Shown: positions 32,501-39,204 of the stretch, in pieces
Position numbering within the stretch: the stretch's first letter is position 1
How the letters are laid out: each line of letters begins with the position of its first letter
Program-made: the position numbers and the translations under genes
DNA from: a virus
Lineage: Duplodnaviria; Caudoviricetes
DNA: 64,000 nt
IMG/VR virus record: IMGVR_UViG_3300023174_003901
Span: 32,001-96,000 of that record
Strand: one strand, 5' to 3'
Notes under the pieces: model-generated
Databases searched by the model: none
Seen by the model: only the letters and a program-made list of their open reading frames with translations
Told to the model about the DNA's origin: nothing

Positions 32501-33008
32501 CAACAACATCTGGGGTGTGTTAACAGTAAATGGTGAGCGTATCATGTATCGTGAACGCAATACCATAACAAATACTGTGAGCAGTCTACTCAGAGGTACT
32601 GCTGGAACCGCAGTTGATCTGCATTCTACAGGCTCAATTGTTTATAATCTAAACCGAGATAATCTAGCACCAGAGATATACCAAGATCGCATTGTGGGAT
32701 CTAGTGTGGTGGCAGATGGAACTACTACCATCTTTACAGCAGATGTTGATTTAAGTTTAGAAGATTCAACCTTTGATCAACAGGCTATTTTGGTAGCAGT
32801 TGGTGGCATATTGCAAACCAGTGGATACACAGTGACTGGTGACAACCCAATCACAGTGGAATTTGATACAGCACCCACCGCAGGCTATCGAGTTGCAGTC
32901 TTTTGCCGTCAGGGATTGGGCTGGTACGGCGCCGGCTCAACCACAGCATACGATGGCATAGGCCTGCAATATACCGATACACTGGCCGCACAGTTTTTTA
33001 GAGGCTAA
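20505..33008 (+). CDS. Giant (4167 aa) baseplate wedge/adhesin protein, at the gp7 position
   Basis: Directly follows gp6. Contains seven FG-GAP-like repeats, Trp/Tyr CBM-like modules, GDGxT Ig-like repeats and GSGY repeats. Confidence 0.75.
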   Translation: MAIRTVDFLPDIFQTTPNKQFLNATLDQLVQEPAFKKTQGYIGRRVGPGVNPNDYYVLEPDATRANYQLEPGVISLKPDTEEIQDAITYPGITDALAVQGANTTKSDRLYTSEYYTWDPFVSFDKFVNYSQYYWLPAGPDAVDVYATAIPLTDNFAVTRTSTAYEFSGVPGNNPVITLVRGGNYTFELSQTGNNFWIQTDPGANGQLPYAPNISSRDVLGVINNGEDLGTVSFYVPFKNAQQFYYDLTSIGNVDLLSELSYDQLNGVYLSDIIADYGGIDGITNLNNKTLVFTTSPSFPTNNLWQIQYTYDIDGLPIVNLAPIATINTLTKFNILFGTKWASTTWYNDASSVIVEVPLLTAIKDVLWYQDGTNPDIFGQIRLIDQADSSTINVVTDILGKQNYTSPNGVVFTNNLKVQFLAPVVPTSYANQSYYVAGVGTAIQLLSVTNYVTPETYTQSATVPFDSTPFDVGNFDSSLNQPLIPDYLTMALDSPDLNAWSRSNRWFHIDVINASATYNNTTPVLDNAFRARRPILEFRGGTRLYEMGTQGKQPVDIIDFVTTDAFSTINGTVGYGVDGYTFIAGTRVIFARDTDPDVRDKIYVVEFVTLSDDGSSFLEPVINLVPASDADVFVDQTVVCLSGTTLQGISFYYDGIQWIRAQQKTSTNQAPLFDVYDSNGYSLSNPVAYPSSTFAGSKLFSYALGPGLDDTVLGFPLRYLSINNIGDIVFDNNLYADTFLYVKDNVSLTKNISIGFVRQYADRTIYQREIGWQTAAVKSKIYQQFSFVYAENTPLLLDVAALPVDTVPSVKVYIDSTFQDPGTYTYVTTSNTTTITFPSTTVIVPGQIIEVLVLSDQASAVAFYQVPINLENNPLNQNADNLTLGTIRSHYDTIGQNLVGLTGKINGANNSRDLGNIIPFGLNILQQSSPMTLAGYFLRSPNYNIFASLEYNSREYEKYKAQLLNTAISNDYVNMTVPEILTAVITDLIAGRTSSNPFYWSDMLPGGNVYTESTTVVGPITGNTFDTTQVYNYTSANYLGLLVYINDRLLTRDIEYVVSTDSSTLTITIPLVVGDTVVIQEYADTYGTFIPNTPTKLGLYPAYVPEIYLDTTYVTPRRVIRGHDGSITVAFDDFRDQLLLEFETRIYNNLKLDGNPIPLNATEVVPGQFRTTDYTLGEITDIESQDFLTWVGWNKLDYKSQDYLANNGFTWNYSTAGNKLSNNEPLVVGAWRGIYNYFYDTISPNTRPWEMLGFTVMPAWWEAEYGPAPYTSGNLVLWDDLAAGLVRDPVAPYVLPQYARPELTQVIPSGSEGALLPPIETVVGNFNSNNFQRNWTVGDDAPVENAWRTSSAYPFAIMRMLVLTRPAEFFSLFADRDLYKYDAELSQYLYNGRYRLDANGIEIYGNGVSKASYIDWIVDYNRISGINSTDALTLDLKNLDVRLCYRMAAFTGKNLLEIYTEKSSPNSLNSSLLLPDESYNLLFYKNVPFDQLTYSSIIVQSTANGWAVYGYSTTQPYFNILVSQVNGVLGTISAGGFEVRVPVTYSNQVVQVPYGYTFTNRTLVADFLLSYGALLQQQGLIFDQMENGYQLDWNQMVSEFLYWSGQGWAEGSIINLNPGATQVIVERPGAIVDSIALQTTENMVLNADRTPFATRDLVVERLDNTFTLKSLTADTINYFQIKFTSYENMIVLDNESIFADLIYYPATGARQSRIRMIGSTTEEWNGQLNAPGFILNQDNVKEWQPLRKYARGEIVLYKNFYYSAVDIVQPKPKFDFNDWTRSDYTRIQQGLLPNLSNKSDQLSNTYNVYNANLELNQDLFAYNLIGFKPREYMVALNLDSTSQVNLYRQFLGTKGTVRAAEIFTFADLGRGVNEYQIYENWAVQRGVYGANANRSFYEMRLNEALLTSNPSLVQVVIPGESSQAEQTVLLSDLWNQSYKITSPDILTTILTKITDTALPSAGYVNINDVDITVFDIDNTASLAGNLNNVNVGSIIWVAKINDYDWNIYRTAQVPGIITQVDTNLNGTAVLTFNQAHGLVADNILLIKYFGSGIDGVYRVLNVPSIFQVTIAFSFLQTDQIVATGTGTAFTLQTQRIAQGSDIITLPYVNDLIPGSRAWIDDNGAGLWQVVEKQEVFQTSGQLQVTTPVANSQFGASVAQAHDNLFAFVGAPGYGDTESGAIYTYVRTSQNPFTQNSIIECNNPGAYGFGSSVSIGYQTWGAVGAPTSIGSDSSANSGYVGVVYKFPNSPTFTLSTLLTVPDDTYIDSGSAFGTSVVVSPDERWMYIGAPGINQVFAYGQVEIEEQLVEYVTDGIQSNYLYSNDIIIDSGEYEQLFVVLNDQLLTYITDYTVTSTTVVLNSTPVEDLVLRIGRRVSQTFTGDGSTVGFSLNEYLYSAINIYSFKVDVDGIIQRPNIDYTFNNSTRNLTFDSAHIPTGTINVSTQSYYTYVETLSPSGLVGGERFGQSISCSTDGRQIMIGCPNDTYDSVADAGAVYIYDRSVQRFIVTDSTQTVYVANISTSLVSPTSVILSNQFLTNTAGNPTGQFTVTANPSTPTVYNQITLTTPAAVGDILEIDVNTFTLLQVVGANVPFQGANFGQAVDLCVNNCSLYTGAPQDSSVLPEAGLVDRQVNQSRVYGITTSTVNARLNPGNTIRINNMEVALSTPTAWNSALTYTIGTIVEYNQGLWIAIRAVPIGTALSDTAYWQPSSWGAVLAQDINSSTVPNVIAYAGAVPGTQTFGLLTISVKNTDAAIPGNKLSVLPGLIGNIFQSLVFETFVYTQTINSPYPVAYAGFGGAVNIDTSALTLTVGAPRGNLYRPTTFDAGLTYFDSKTTIFNGPLIQSGAVYTYDYFASAESSVTNPGKFAFGQQVYDNTVSNLDQYGASIDYTGGILLAGSPKDDLGDSSLIAQDYGAVSIFNNPDLSPAWVVTNVQLPVVDISLINGVFTYDRVTSAKTAFFDFIDPLQGKILGAARQNIDYIGAVDPAAYNVGAKNNNGRIWAATHEGEMWWDTNSVRFIDPNQDDIVYAARRWAQIFPGSSIDVYQWVASTVPPANYAGPGIPRNLVNYCVTTGLNITGVFGTTYYFWVKNIVTINTAIGKTLSPSGVARYIADPRSSGIPYVAFVSPSATAIYNGADQLSAFDTVINIEFDRQLTDDNVHVQYDLLPQDRADGFLPDNLYQKLQDSFCGVNIQGALVPDPSLSPAQRYGVLFRPRQSMFEDRFLALQNYLEYVNAVLLQFPISEIRNFSLLNSSEAEPQANTGAWNKRVANIEELSYQDLAQVSVGYKYLVASDSTQNGSWTIYTVTATKTFETLFLSRVQNYDTRNYWEYVTWYLPGYNPSVKIIAEVANVATLDTLSLAAAPVGSSVKVTANSQGKFEIYLRTNTGWDRVGLQDGTIQFLAELWDYALGRYGFDVEVFDLQHFDQEPVTETRKIIQAINEQLLIGDLLIERNRALILMFNFVLSEFEAPEWLTKTSLIDVDHKIRQLVPYQTYQRDNQDFVLNYIQEVKPYHVQIREFNLIYNGFDVYQGSMADFDLPAFYNTAEVPNQYMSPILTPYTLSTATGTGHPSTYSDVAPDSTLWQTQPYSFWYDNHTLSIQNVVIADGGSGYTVAPQLTVTGNCVTQATMTAIVNSAGQISQVIVDTPGSGYISTAIVTVSGGNGTGGQIIAVMGNNLVRSINTTIKYDRYQYVSTILPWEANVSYDNGTQVRYDNRVWQADSGDSSPVQSATFDPDQWILVAASSLSGVDRTMGFYVPGPDQPGLDLPLLIDGVDYPGVQVAAPTFSQNTGFDVGNFDINPFDNISYGPEGRPTYDPAILDAIYESSFLDPYLGTRATDINVDGGEFIGPYESHAPEELVPCSMFDTMDLRVYSRQFNVSYGDGTTTGPYYAPTASLDVEVAVNNIIISPDEYTVDYGDSTTAAVTFDTAPASGAVIVVLESDPITGLELRIFQDMRGVQATYRMTSATTTTLTQTLYTNSDIVYVADAGALAAPDLANNIWGVLTVNGERIMYRERNTITNTVSSLLRGTAGTAVDLHSTGSIVYNLNRDNLAPEIYQDRIVGSSVVADGTTTIFTADVDLSLEDSTFDQQAILVAVGGILQTSGYTVTGDNPITVEFDTAPTAGYRVAVFCRQGLGWYGAGSTTAYDGIGLQYTDTLAAQFFRG
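21909..31900 (+). repeat. Exact 20-nt direct repeat TTTGATGTGGGCAACTTTGA at 21909-21928 and 31881-31900
   Basis: Read directly; both copies encode FDVGNFD in the same frame, 9972 nt apart. Confidence 0.85.
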
Positions 33009-33017
33009 AGAACAAGG

Positions 33018-33023
33018 TAAATA
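33018..33023 (+). promoter_or_regulatory. Late promoter core TAAATA
   Basis: GGTAAATA immediately before ATGs at 33025, 33028 and 33031. Confidence 0.6.
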
Positions 33024-33024
33024 A

Positions 33025-33183
33025 ATGATGATGCAAAAAGATCAACCTATCAAACAACAAACAAATTCAGTGCCACAAGCACAACCCAAACGCCCCAATG
33101 AGACAGGGTCAGTTTCGGTTACAGGTTTTGTAAAGATTTTTGATCCAAAAACCAAAGAAACCTTTGTGGAGACTAGAGCATGA
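33025..33183 (+). CDS. Small protein (50-52 aa; absent from the ORF track), paralogous to the N-terminus of the next gene
   Basis: MMMQKDQ...KRPNETGSVSVTGFVKIFDPKTKETFVETRA; fills the gap and is ATGA-coupled to 33180. Confidence 0.8.
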   Translation: MMMQKDQPIKQQTNSVPQAQPKRPNETGSVSVTGFVKIFDPKTKETFVETRA

Positions 33184-33797
33184 TTTCTACAGGCTTGGTA
33201 AAAATTGAAGGATTTGTCAAAATATTTGATCCCAATAACGGCGAAATTTTTGTGGACAAAAAGAACGCCATTCATTATGAAAACATGAGTATTAGTCTTG
33301 CTGAAACTCTCAGCAACCGTACCAGTGCCCAAGGTGGCGGCTGGATTTACGAAATGGCATTTGGCAACGGTGGGTCCAGCGTTGACCCAACTGGTATTAT
33401 TACCTACTTGCCCCCAAACACCACCGGCATCAATGCTGATCTCTACAACGAAACCTACGCCAAAGTAGTCAATGATAACTCGGCAGCCGACACAGATCCT
33501 ACCAACAACTACATGGAAGTGATACACACATCAGGTAAGGTTTACACTGATATTTTGGTCAGTTGTTTGCTGGACTACGGCGAGCCACCAGGACAGCAGG
33601 CATTTGATAATTCAACCAATTTCAACGGGGAATACGTGTTTGATGAACTAGGGCTCAAGGCCTGGGCAGGAAGTGCAACGGATCTGAGATTGCTAACCCA
33701 CGTGATCTTTCACCCTGTGCAAAAGAGTTTGAACCGTCAGATACAGATTGACTATACTGTGCGTATACAAACGCTGACTAACTTGAGCACGGCATAA
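33180..33797 (+). CDS. Virion structural protein, likely baseplate/fibre attachment
   Basis: Lies between the giant wedge protein and the fibre genes; NAIHYENMS...FGNGG...FDELGL...LLTHVIFHPVQKSLNR. Confidence 0.6.
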   Translation: MISTGLVKIEGFVKIFDPNNGEIFVDKKNAIHYENMSISLAETLSNRTSAQGGGWIYEMAFGNGGSSVDPTGIITYLPPNTTGINADLYNETYAKVVNDNSAADTDPTNNYMEVIHTSGKVYTDILVSCLLDYGEPPGQQAFDNSTNFNGEYVFDELGLKAWAGSATDLRLLTHVIFHPVQKSLNRQIQIDYTVRIQTLTNLSTA

Positions 33798-33800
33798 ATA
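33795..33800 (+). promoter_or_regulatory. Late promoter core TAAATA
   Basis: CATAAATA overlapping the upstream stop codon; GGAG SD before 33816. Confidence 0.6.
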
Positions 33801-33815
33801 CATATGGAGTAACAC

Positions 33816-35018
33816 ATGTCATATACAATTACATTAACTGATGGCGCAATTTTTGCTGTTATAGCAGATGGTACCATCAACACTGATTCCAGCATGACCC
33901 TGGTGGGTAAAAACTGGGCAGGTTATGGACAATTCTTGGACGATAACTTTATTCGTCTATTGGAAAATGGCGCCAACACCACTGCACCTGGAGCACCGCT
34001 GACTGGTCAACTTTGGTGGAACTCAACTGCAGGTACAATGCAAGTGTACAACGGCACTGCATTCAAGACCATTGGCGGCGCCGCTGCCAGTTCAACTGCT
34101 CCAACTTCAAATGTTGCCGGTGATTTATGGTACGATACTGTGAATCAACAGTTGAATGTTTACACAGGTACTGCCTTTATTGTGGTAGGTCCTGCATTTA
34201 CTCCGGGTACAGGCACAACAGGCGCTATTGTTGCCACAATTGTAGACAACACAGCAACGTCACATTTTGTAATTGAATTATATGCCAACAACAGTATTGT
34301 GGGTATCATCAGCAAGGATCAAACATTTACTCCTTTGTCGGCTGTTGCCGGTGGATGGGGCATACAACCAGTCAATCCAGGATTGACTTTGGCCACTGGC
34401 ATTGCTAATAACGCTGTTTGGGGCAACTCAACAAATTCATTGCGTCTGAACAGTTTGACCAGTAGTCAATTCATGCGCAGTGATGCCAACACTGCTTGTT
34501 CCGGCACAATCACAGTAAATACCGGCGGTGCTGTTACTGGTATCATCAACGGTGCAGGCAACGCAATTGGTAACATTGGATCATCAGGCAGTTACTTCAA
34601 CACAATTTTTGCCACAGCAACCACAGCACTGTATGCTGACGTTGCAGAACGCTTTGCGTCAGACGAAGCGTACACACCAGGTACTGTGGTCGAACTGGGC
34701 GGTTCAGCCGAAATTACCATGGTTCGTACAGATGCCAGCAACAATGTGTTTGGTGTGATTTCTACACGCCCTGCATTTACCATGAACGGTGGCGCAGGTG
34801 AAAACGACACACACCCTCCAGTGGCCATGACAGGTCGTGTGCCTGTGCGTGTGACAGGTGCGGTACGCAAAGGCGACAGACTGATTTCAGCAGGTGACGG
34901 TATTGCTAGATCTGCTCGTCCAGAAGAAGCAAATGCATTTAATGTTATTGGCCGTGCATTGGTTGATAAATTAGATGTAGGACTTGGCACAGTAGAAGCC
35001 ATTGTCACAATTAAATAA
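33816..35018 (+). CDS. Tail fibre protein with C-terminal intramolecular chaperone (peptidase G2-like)
   Basis: N-terminal LVGKN..GYG...ENG and GQLWW/GDLWYD repeats; C-terminal YADVAE...GVIST...VAMTGRVPV...KGDRL. Confidence 0.7.
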   Translation: MSYTITLTDGAIFAVIADGTINTDSSMTLVGKNWAGYGQFLDDNFIRLLENGANTTAPGAPLTGQLWWNSTAGTMQVYNGTAFKTIGGAAASSTAPTSNVAGDLWYDTVNQQLNVYTGTAFIVVGPAFTPGTGTTGAIVATIVDNTATSHFVIELYANNSIVGIISKDQTFTPLSAVAGGWGIQPVNPGLTLATGIANNAVWGNSTNSLRLNSLTSSQFMRSDANTACSGTITVNTGGAVTGIINGAGNAIGNIGSSGSYFNTIFATATTALYADVAERFASDEAYTPGTVVELGGSAEITMVRTDASNNVFGVISTRPAFTMNGGAGENDTHPPVAMTGRVPVRVTGAVRKGDRLISAGDGIARSARPEEANAFNVIGRALVDKLDVGLGTVEAIVTIK

Positions 35019-35030
35019 CAGGAAACAGCA

Positions 35031-36029
35031 ATGACTTATTCATCAGGATCACAAATACTAGCCGCAGATTACAATACCTTTGCAGGTAATACCACAGCAG
35101 GTTTGAATCGTGTGTGGAGCACAGGTGCAGGTGATGCAGGCTGGGGACAAACTGACATTGCCACAGTGACCGCTGGTACCAATACAGTAACAGCCACACA
35201 ATGGGCCACAATAGTCAACAACTTGGCCACATCAGGCACCCAAACCAGCACAACTCTTACATCAAGAACAGCACCTACCGCAGGAAACATTATTGGTATT
35301 TTGGCCAACGTACAAACAGATATTACCAGTGTCACAACCAATCGTGGCAATGCTGTGACCTCGGGCGCTGAGTACGGAACATTTACAGGCACCACAAGCC
35401 AGATTAATCCTACAGGTTCAGGACAAGCCGCCTGGACCATTACATTTACACACACTATTACATTTCCGTCAGCCAACCAAGCACGTTATTTCTGGAACGC
35501 AGGCGGAATTGTGCGTCTCAAGTATGGCAAGAGTTCTACAGGAACTGACAGTGATCCAGACTGGAATACCTTGGCTGGACAGTGCGGCACAATCAACCTA
35601 ACTGGTCGTGTGAACGGTGCGGCTCAAACTATTGCGGCTCAAAGTTACACAGGAACCACCAGACTCAGTGGCACCGGCGGCACACAAACAACACTGGCCA
35701 CCACCACAGGCTGGTACAACCTTACTGGCGTGGCCACTACAATATTCCAATTAAACAATGCCACCGCTCCATATTCAGGCGAGTACATCAGAACCACCGC
35801 CACAGCCACTTCGACCACAGTGTTGACCTTGGTCACAACCTGGGTCAGTGATGGATCATCGGGTGCAGGTACCACTGCTAACATTTCGGGCGGAACAGCA
35901 ACTGGCAGTCCTTCGACCACTATCTCAGGCACAGCACCCACAACCTTGGTCACATACCTTCCGCCATCTACTGCACAAGGTTTAAGCAACAGTTGGGGTA
36001 CCCCCACAATTGCTGCCAGCGTAGCCTAA
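35031..36029 (+). CDS. Thr/Gly/Ser-rich virion fibre protein
   Basis: About 78 Thr in 332 aa by my count, very few charged residues; ARYFWNAGG motif; last gene of the tail module. Confidence 0.65.
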   Translation: MTYSSGSQILAADYNTFAGNTTAGLNRVWSTGAGDAGWGQTDIATVTAGTNTVTATQWATIVNNLATSGTQTSTTLTSRTAPTAGNIIGILANVQTDITSVTTNRGNAVTSGAEYGTFTGTTSQINPTGSGQAAWTITFTHTITFPSANQARYFWNAGGIVRLKYGKSSTGTDSDPDWNTLAGQCGTINLTGRVNGAAQTIAAQSYTGTTRLSGTGGTQTTLATTTGWYNLTGVATTIFQLNNATAPYSGEYIRTTATATSTTVLTLVTTWVSDGSSGAGTTANISGGTATGSPSTTISGTAPTTLVTYLPPSTAQGLSNSWGTPTIAASVA

Positions 36030-36044
36030 TTGGCAAACTCAATC

Positions 36045-36078
36045 AGGGCAAAAGGTAGACTTTTGCCCTTTTTTCTTT
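36045..36078 (+). terminator. Rho-independent terminator ending the tail module
   Basis: Perfect 10-bp stem AGGGCAAAAG / CTTTTGCCCT, 5-nt loop, then a T-run. Confidence 0.85.
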
Positions 36079-36084
36079 TATAAT
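36056..36084 (+). promoter_or_regulatory. Sigma70-type promoter for the GT/rSAM island, embedded in the terminator (leaderless)
   Basis: TAGACT-17nt-TATAAT, then 6 nt, then ATG at 36091; no SD. Confidence 0.65.
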
Positions 36085-36090
36085 ACTACA

Positions 36091-36399
36091 ATGAATACCG
36101 ATGCGTTAATTGCTCATGCACGAGCACGTTTTGATCATGTGGCCGCACGTCGTGTACTAAAAGAAAAGTACGAAGCCAAGATGTTGTTTGCTCATGCCGG
36201 CGGCATGTGGCGTGCCGGTCCTGAACTGCAATGTACTTTGTTGAGTTGTGCGCAAGACAAGGACGTGGTGCTGTTAGACTTGTACGAAACTCCTGTGCGA
36301 GTAAACGTTCCGGAACTGTTTGCTCGGGCACATGGCCACTGGCAAGAACAAATGAACGCTTGGCTGGTAGAATATGAAGAACAAAGTAAGAAACGATGA
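36091..36399 (+). CDS. Hypothetical protein, first gene of the island
   Basis: 102-aa ORF, ATGA-coupled to the next gene. Confidence 0.75.
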   Translation: MNTDALIAHARARFDHVAARRVLKEKYEAKMLFAHAGGMWRAGPELQCTLLSCAQDKDVVLLDLYETPVRVNVPELFARAHGHWQEQMNAWLVEYEEQSKKR

Positions 36400-37205
36400 C
36401 AACGGGCGCATTGATATTTGCGTTCAACAATGAACAAACCGACTACGTTGCTATGGCTGGATGGAGTGCTGAAAGAATTCGTAGGCACCTCAAGATCCCT
36501 ACAGCCATTGTCACGGACGCAAATCCAACAGATCGACGACTGGCTGCCGCAGATCAAGTCATTAATGCGACGCCAGTTTCCGGAGGAACACGTTGGTTTG
36601 AGGATTATCAAGCGACTGTGTCTTGGCACAACGCAGGTAGAACTGATTCATATTCACTTACACCTTGGGATCAAACTCTAGTACTAGACGCTGATTATGT
36701 GGTGTGCGGCAATGAATTGCAAACGGTGATCAACAGCCCACAAGATTTTATGTGCCATAGATTGGCCTGGGACATGACCAGCATGAATGACTTCGACGGA
36801 CTCAACTGGTTTGGCAACAATCGCATGCCCATGTGGTGGGCCACAGTAATGATGTTCCGTAAAAGCAACACAGCACAATATATCTTTGATTGCATGAACA
36901 TGATACGTGCAAACTGGCGTCACTACAAAGACTTGTATCATATTGCAGGACCTACCTATCGTAACGACTATGCTCTCAGCATTGCCATGGGCATTGTGAG
37001 TGGACATACATTACAAGTAGACAACATACCATTTGGCTTGGCCAGTGTCATGCCTGAGCACACTCTTAAACAACTAGACACAGACTACTTTGAAATTGGG
37101 TACACAGGACAGGACGGGAAACCCAAAACAATGGGTTGGCACGGTATGGACTTTCATGCCATGGGCAAAAAGCACCTAGGAGACATAGTTGCCAATCCTC
37201 GCTGA
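36396..37205 (+). CDS. Putative GT-A fold glycosyltransferase (GT8-like)
   Basis: Hydrophobic strand followed by DxD (TLVLDADY); WATVMMF; RNDYALSIA. Confidence 0.6.
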   Translation: MTTGALIFAFNNEQTDYVAMAGWSAERIRRHLKIPTAIVTDANPTDRRLAAADQVINATPVSGGTRWFEDYQATVSWHNAGRTDSYSLTPWDQTLVLDADYVVCGNELQTVINSPQDFMCHRLAWDMTSMNDFDGLNWFGNNRMPMWWATVMMFRKSNTAQYIFDCMNMIRANWRHYKDLYHIAGPTYRNDYALSIAMGIVSGHTLQVDNIPFGLASVMPEHTLKQLDTDYFEIGYTGQDGKPKTMGWHGMDFHAMGKKHLGDIVANPR

Positions 37206-37956
37206 ACGTGGCTACCTCATACCGGCTATTGACACCGACACAGTGGACTACCTTGGCTGTGCTATACAATTGGCACGATCTATTAGGCAGTGGCATCCAG
37301 ACGCCAATATTTCTGTTATATCTGTCAAACGCTGTGACAACCCAGTGTTCAATCATGTTATTCCTTTGCCTTATGGCGACCTTGGCGGTTTTGCCAATGA
37401 TTGGCAATGTTTTGCGGCCAGCCCTTACAGACAAACAATCAAACTGGAAGCAGATATGGTTATAGCCAGTCCCGTTGACCATTGGTGGACTATGTTTGAA
37501 CATCAAGATCTTGTGATATCTACTGGTGCTAGAGACTTTTATGATCAACCTGCTGACAGTAGATACTATAGAAAAACTTTTGATGCCAACCATTTGCCTG
37601 ACGTTTACAATGCTATAACTTATTGGCGAGTGAGTCGAACAGCACAAGAGTTTTTTCAACTGGTTCGAAACATTTTTGAAAACTGGACAGAGTACAAAAC
37701 ATTATTGAAGTTTCCAGATGAAAATCCCACAACTGATTTAGTATATGCCATGGCTGCACAGATCATTGGGCCAGAATTAGTTACCTTACCATTTGCAAGT
37801 TATCCTAAGATCGTGCATATGAAACGTCATATGATCGCGTCTCATACACCAAATTGGACACAGGAACTAGTATGGGAAAATAATCCCTTGAGATTCAACA
37901 CAGTGGCTCAATGGGGTGCTGTACATTATCATCAAAAGGACTGGCGCAGTGACTGA
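37189..37956 (+). CDS. Putative GT-A fold glycosyltransferase (GT8-like), paralog of 36396
   Basis: TIKLEADM (ExD); aligns by eye with the 36396 protein over its C-terminal half; HMK/HYH motifs. Confidence 0.55.
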   Translation: MPILAERGYLIPAIDTDTVDYLGCAIQLARSIRQWHPDANISVISVKRCDNPVFNHVIPLPYGDLGGFANDWQCFAASPYRQTIKLEADMVIASPVDHWWTMFEHQDLVISTGARDFYDQPADSRYYRKTFDANHLPDVYNAITYWRVSRTAQEFFQLVRNIFENWTEYKTLLKFPDENPTTDLVYAMAAQIIGPELVTLPFASYPKIVHMKRHMIASHTPNWTQELVWENNPLRFNTVAQWGAVHYHQKDWRSD

Positions 37957-38290
37957 ACAAGAATTTTTAAACTTTTGGAAAAACATTGAATGGCCTGAAA
38001 TCAAGCCGGTTTATCTTAGACTTTACCACGATGATTCGGGTCTGCCATTGTTTTACAGTCATGAAGATCAGCCCGGTAAGTATATTGACCTTACTCCTGA
38101 ACAGTTTGCATTGAGAGACCTGCAGGTACGTGTAGTTGATGGTGTGTTAAAACCACGCAAGCGACCGGTGCCACCTAAGTTAGTGCCCAGTGATCAAGGA
38201 ACACCTTGCGACCCTAATGATGTTGCTGTTGTAGTAAGCGCACAAGAACCCAACCAACAATGGAAATTAAAACAACATGAGCAAGATTGA
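37949..38290 (+). CDS. Hypothetical protein
   Basis: GTG start overlapping the upstream stop; RLYHDDSGLPLFYS. Confidence 0.65.
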   Translation: MTEQEFLNFWKNIEWPEIKPVYLRLYHDDSGLPLFYSHEDQPGKYIDLTPEQFALRDLQVRVVDGVLKPRKRPVPPKLVPSDQGTPCDPNDVAVVVSAQEPNQQWKLKQHEQD

Positions 38291-39203
38291 CATAGCAGAT
38301 TTAGACTGCATTTACCTAAGTTATGATGAACCGCAACAAGAAGAATTTTGGGTCAAGATTAAGAACATGGTGCCTTGGGCCCGACGGGTCAGCAATATAC
38401 GCGGAAGCGATGCGGCACACAAAGCCGCGGCCCTGGCTTCTGACACAGAACGATTTATCCTCGTGGATGGAGACAATCTCCCCGACCCAGCGTTTTTTAA
38501 CCAAACGCTTGATCTTCCTACATCTGAATATGAAAAGGCTGTGTTCCGCTGGAGAGCACGTAATCACATTAACGGATTGATGTATGGTAACGGTGGCTTG
38601 AGTTCATGGACAAAGACGCATGTGATGAACATGCGCACCCATGAAAACACCGATGGCGCAACAGAAACACAGATAGAGTTTTGCTTTGATCCCTTATACT
38701 GGGCCATGCATGACTGCTACAGTGTAACATATCCCAATGGATCAGCATTCCAAGCCTGGCGTGCCGGATTCCGTGAAGGGGTCAAGATGTGTTTGAATCG
38801 TGGTGCAAGACCTACTGTGGCAGAGTTTCGTGATCGTGTACACCAACGAAATCTAGATCACTTGACCATATGGCACAATGTGGGTGGAGATGTAGACTAT
38901 GGTTACTGGTCGATCGCTGGCGCAAGGCAAGGAACTTACATGACCATGCTCACTAACTGGGACTATCTACAGGTACAAAACTTTGAAGCACTTGCTGAAC
39001 TGTTTGAAACAGTAAAGAACGATCAACCTGAAATCATTGCCAATCGACTGGCAGACGAACTTGCTACACAACTAGACTTGCCCATGCACATGCTCACAGG
39101 AGAAGCCAGCAGATTCTTCAAACATCACTATCGTAGCAACTGGCATAACCAAGGCATCATGGTCAGAGAAATTGATGTCATTAGAGTACAAGAAGGTTGG
39201 TGA
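38277..39203 (+). CDS. Putative GT-A fold glycosyltransferase
   Basis: DCIYLSYDEP...GSDAAHKAAA...FILVDGDN (DxD)...NGLMYGNGG...AWRAGFREGVK. Confidence 0.55.
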   Translation: MSKIDIADLDCIYLSYDEPQQEEFWVKIKNMVPWARRVSNIRGSDAAHKAAALASDTERFILVDGDNLPDPAFFNQTLDLPTSEYEKAVFRWRARNHINGLMYGNGGLSSWTKTHVMNMRTHENTDGATETQIEFCFDPLYWAMHDCYSVTYPNGSAFQAWRAGFREGVKMCLNRGARPTVAEFRDRVHQRNLDHLTIWHNVGGDVDYGYWSIAGARQGTYMTMLTNWDYLQVQNFEALAELFETVKNDQPEIIANRLADELATQLDLPMHMLTGEASRFFKHHYRSNWHNQGIMVREIDVIRVQEGW

Positions 39204-39204
39204 T

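Noticed and set aside
33170-33185. Programmed frameshift fusing the micro-ORF to the 205-aa gene
   Set aside because: No slippery sequence seen; the ATGA overlap explains the coupling, and a fusion would duplicate the hairpin.
33042-33527. 161-aa minus-strand ORF, and similar antisense ORFs of 100-180 aa (e.g. 34592-35008, 35069-35476, 14586-15047, 37066-37659, 43083-43628)
   Set aside because: They lie opposite or out of frame with well-supported genes, have no motifs or SD, and are expected shadows.
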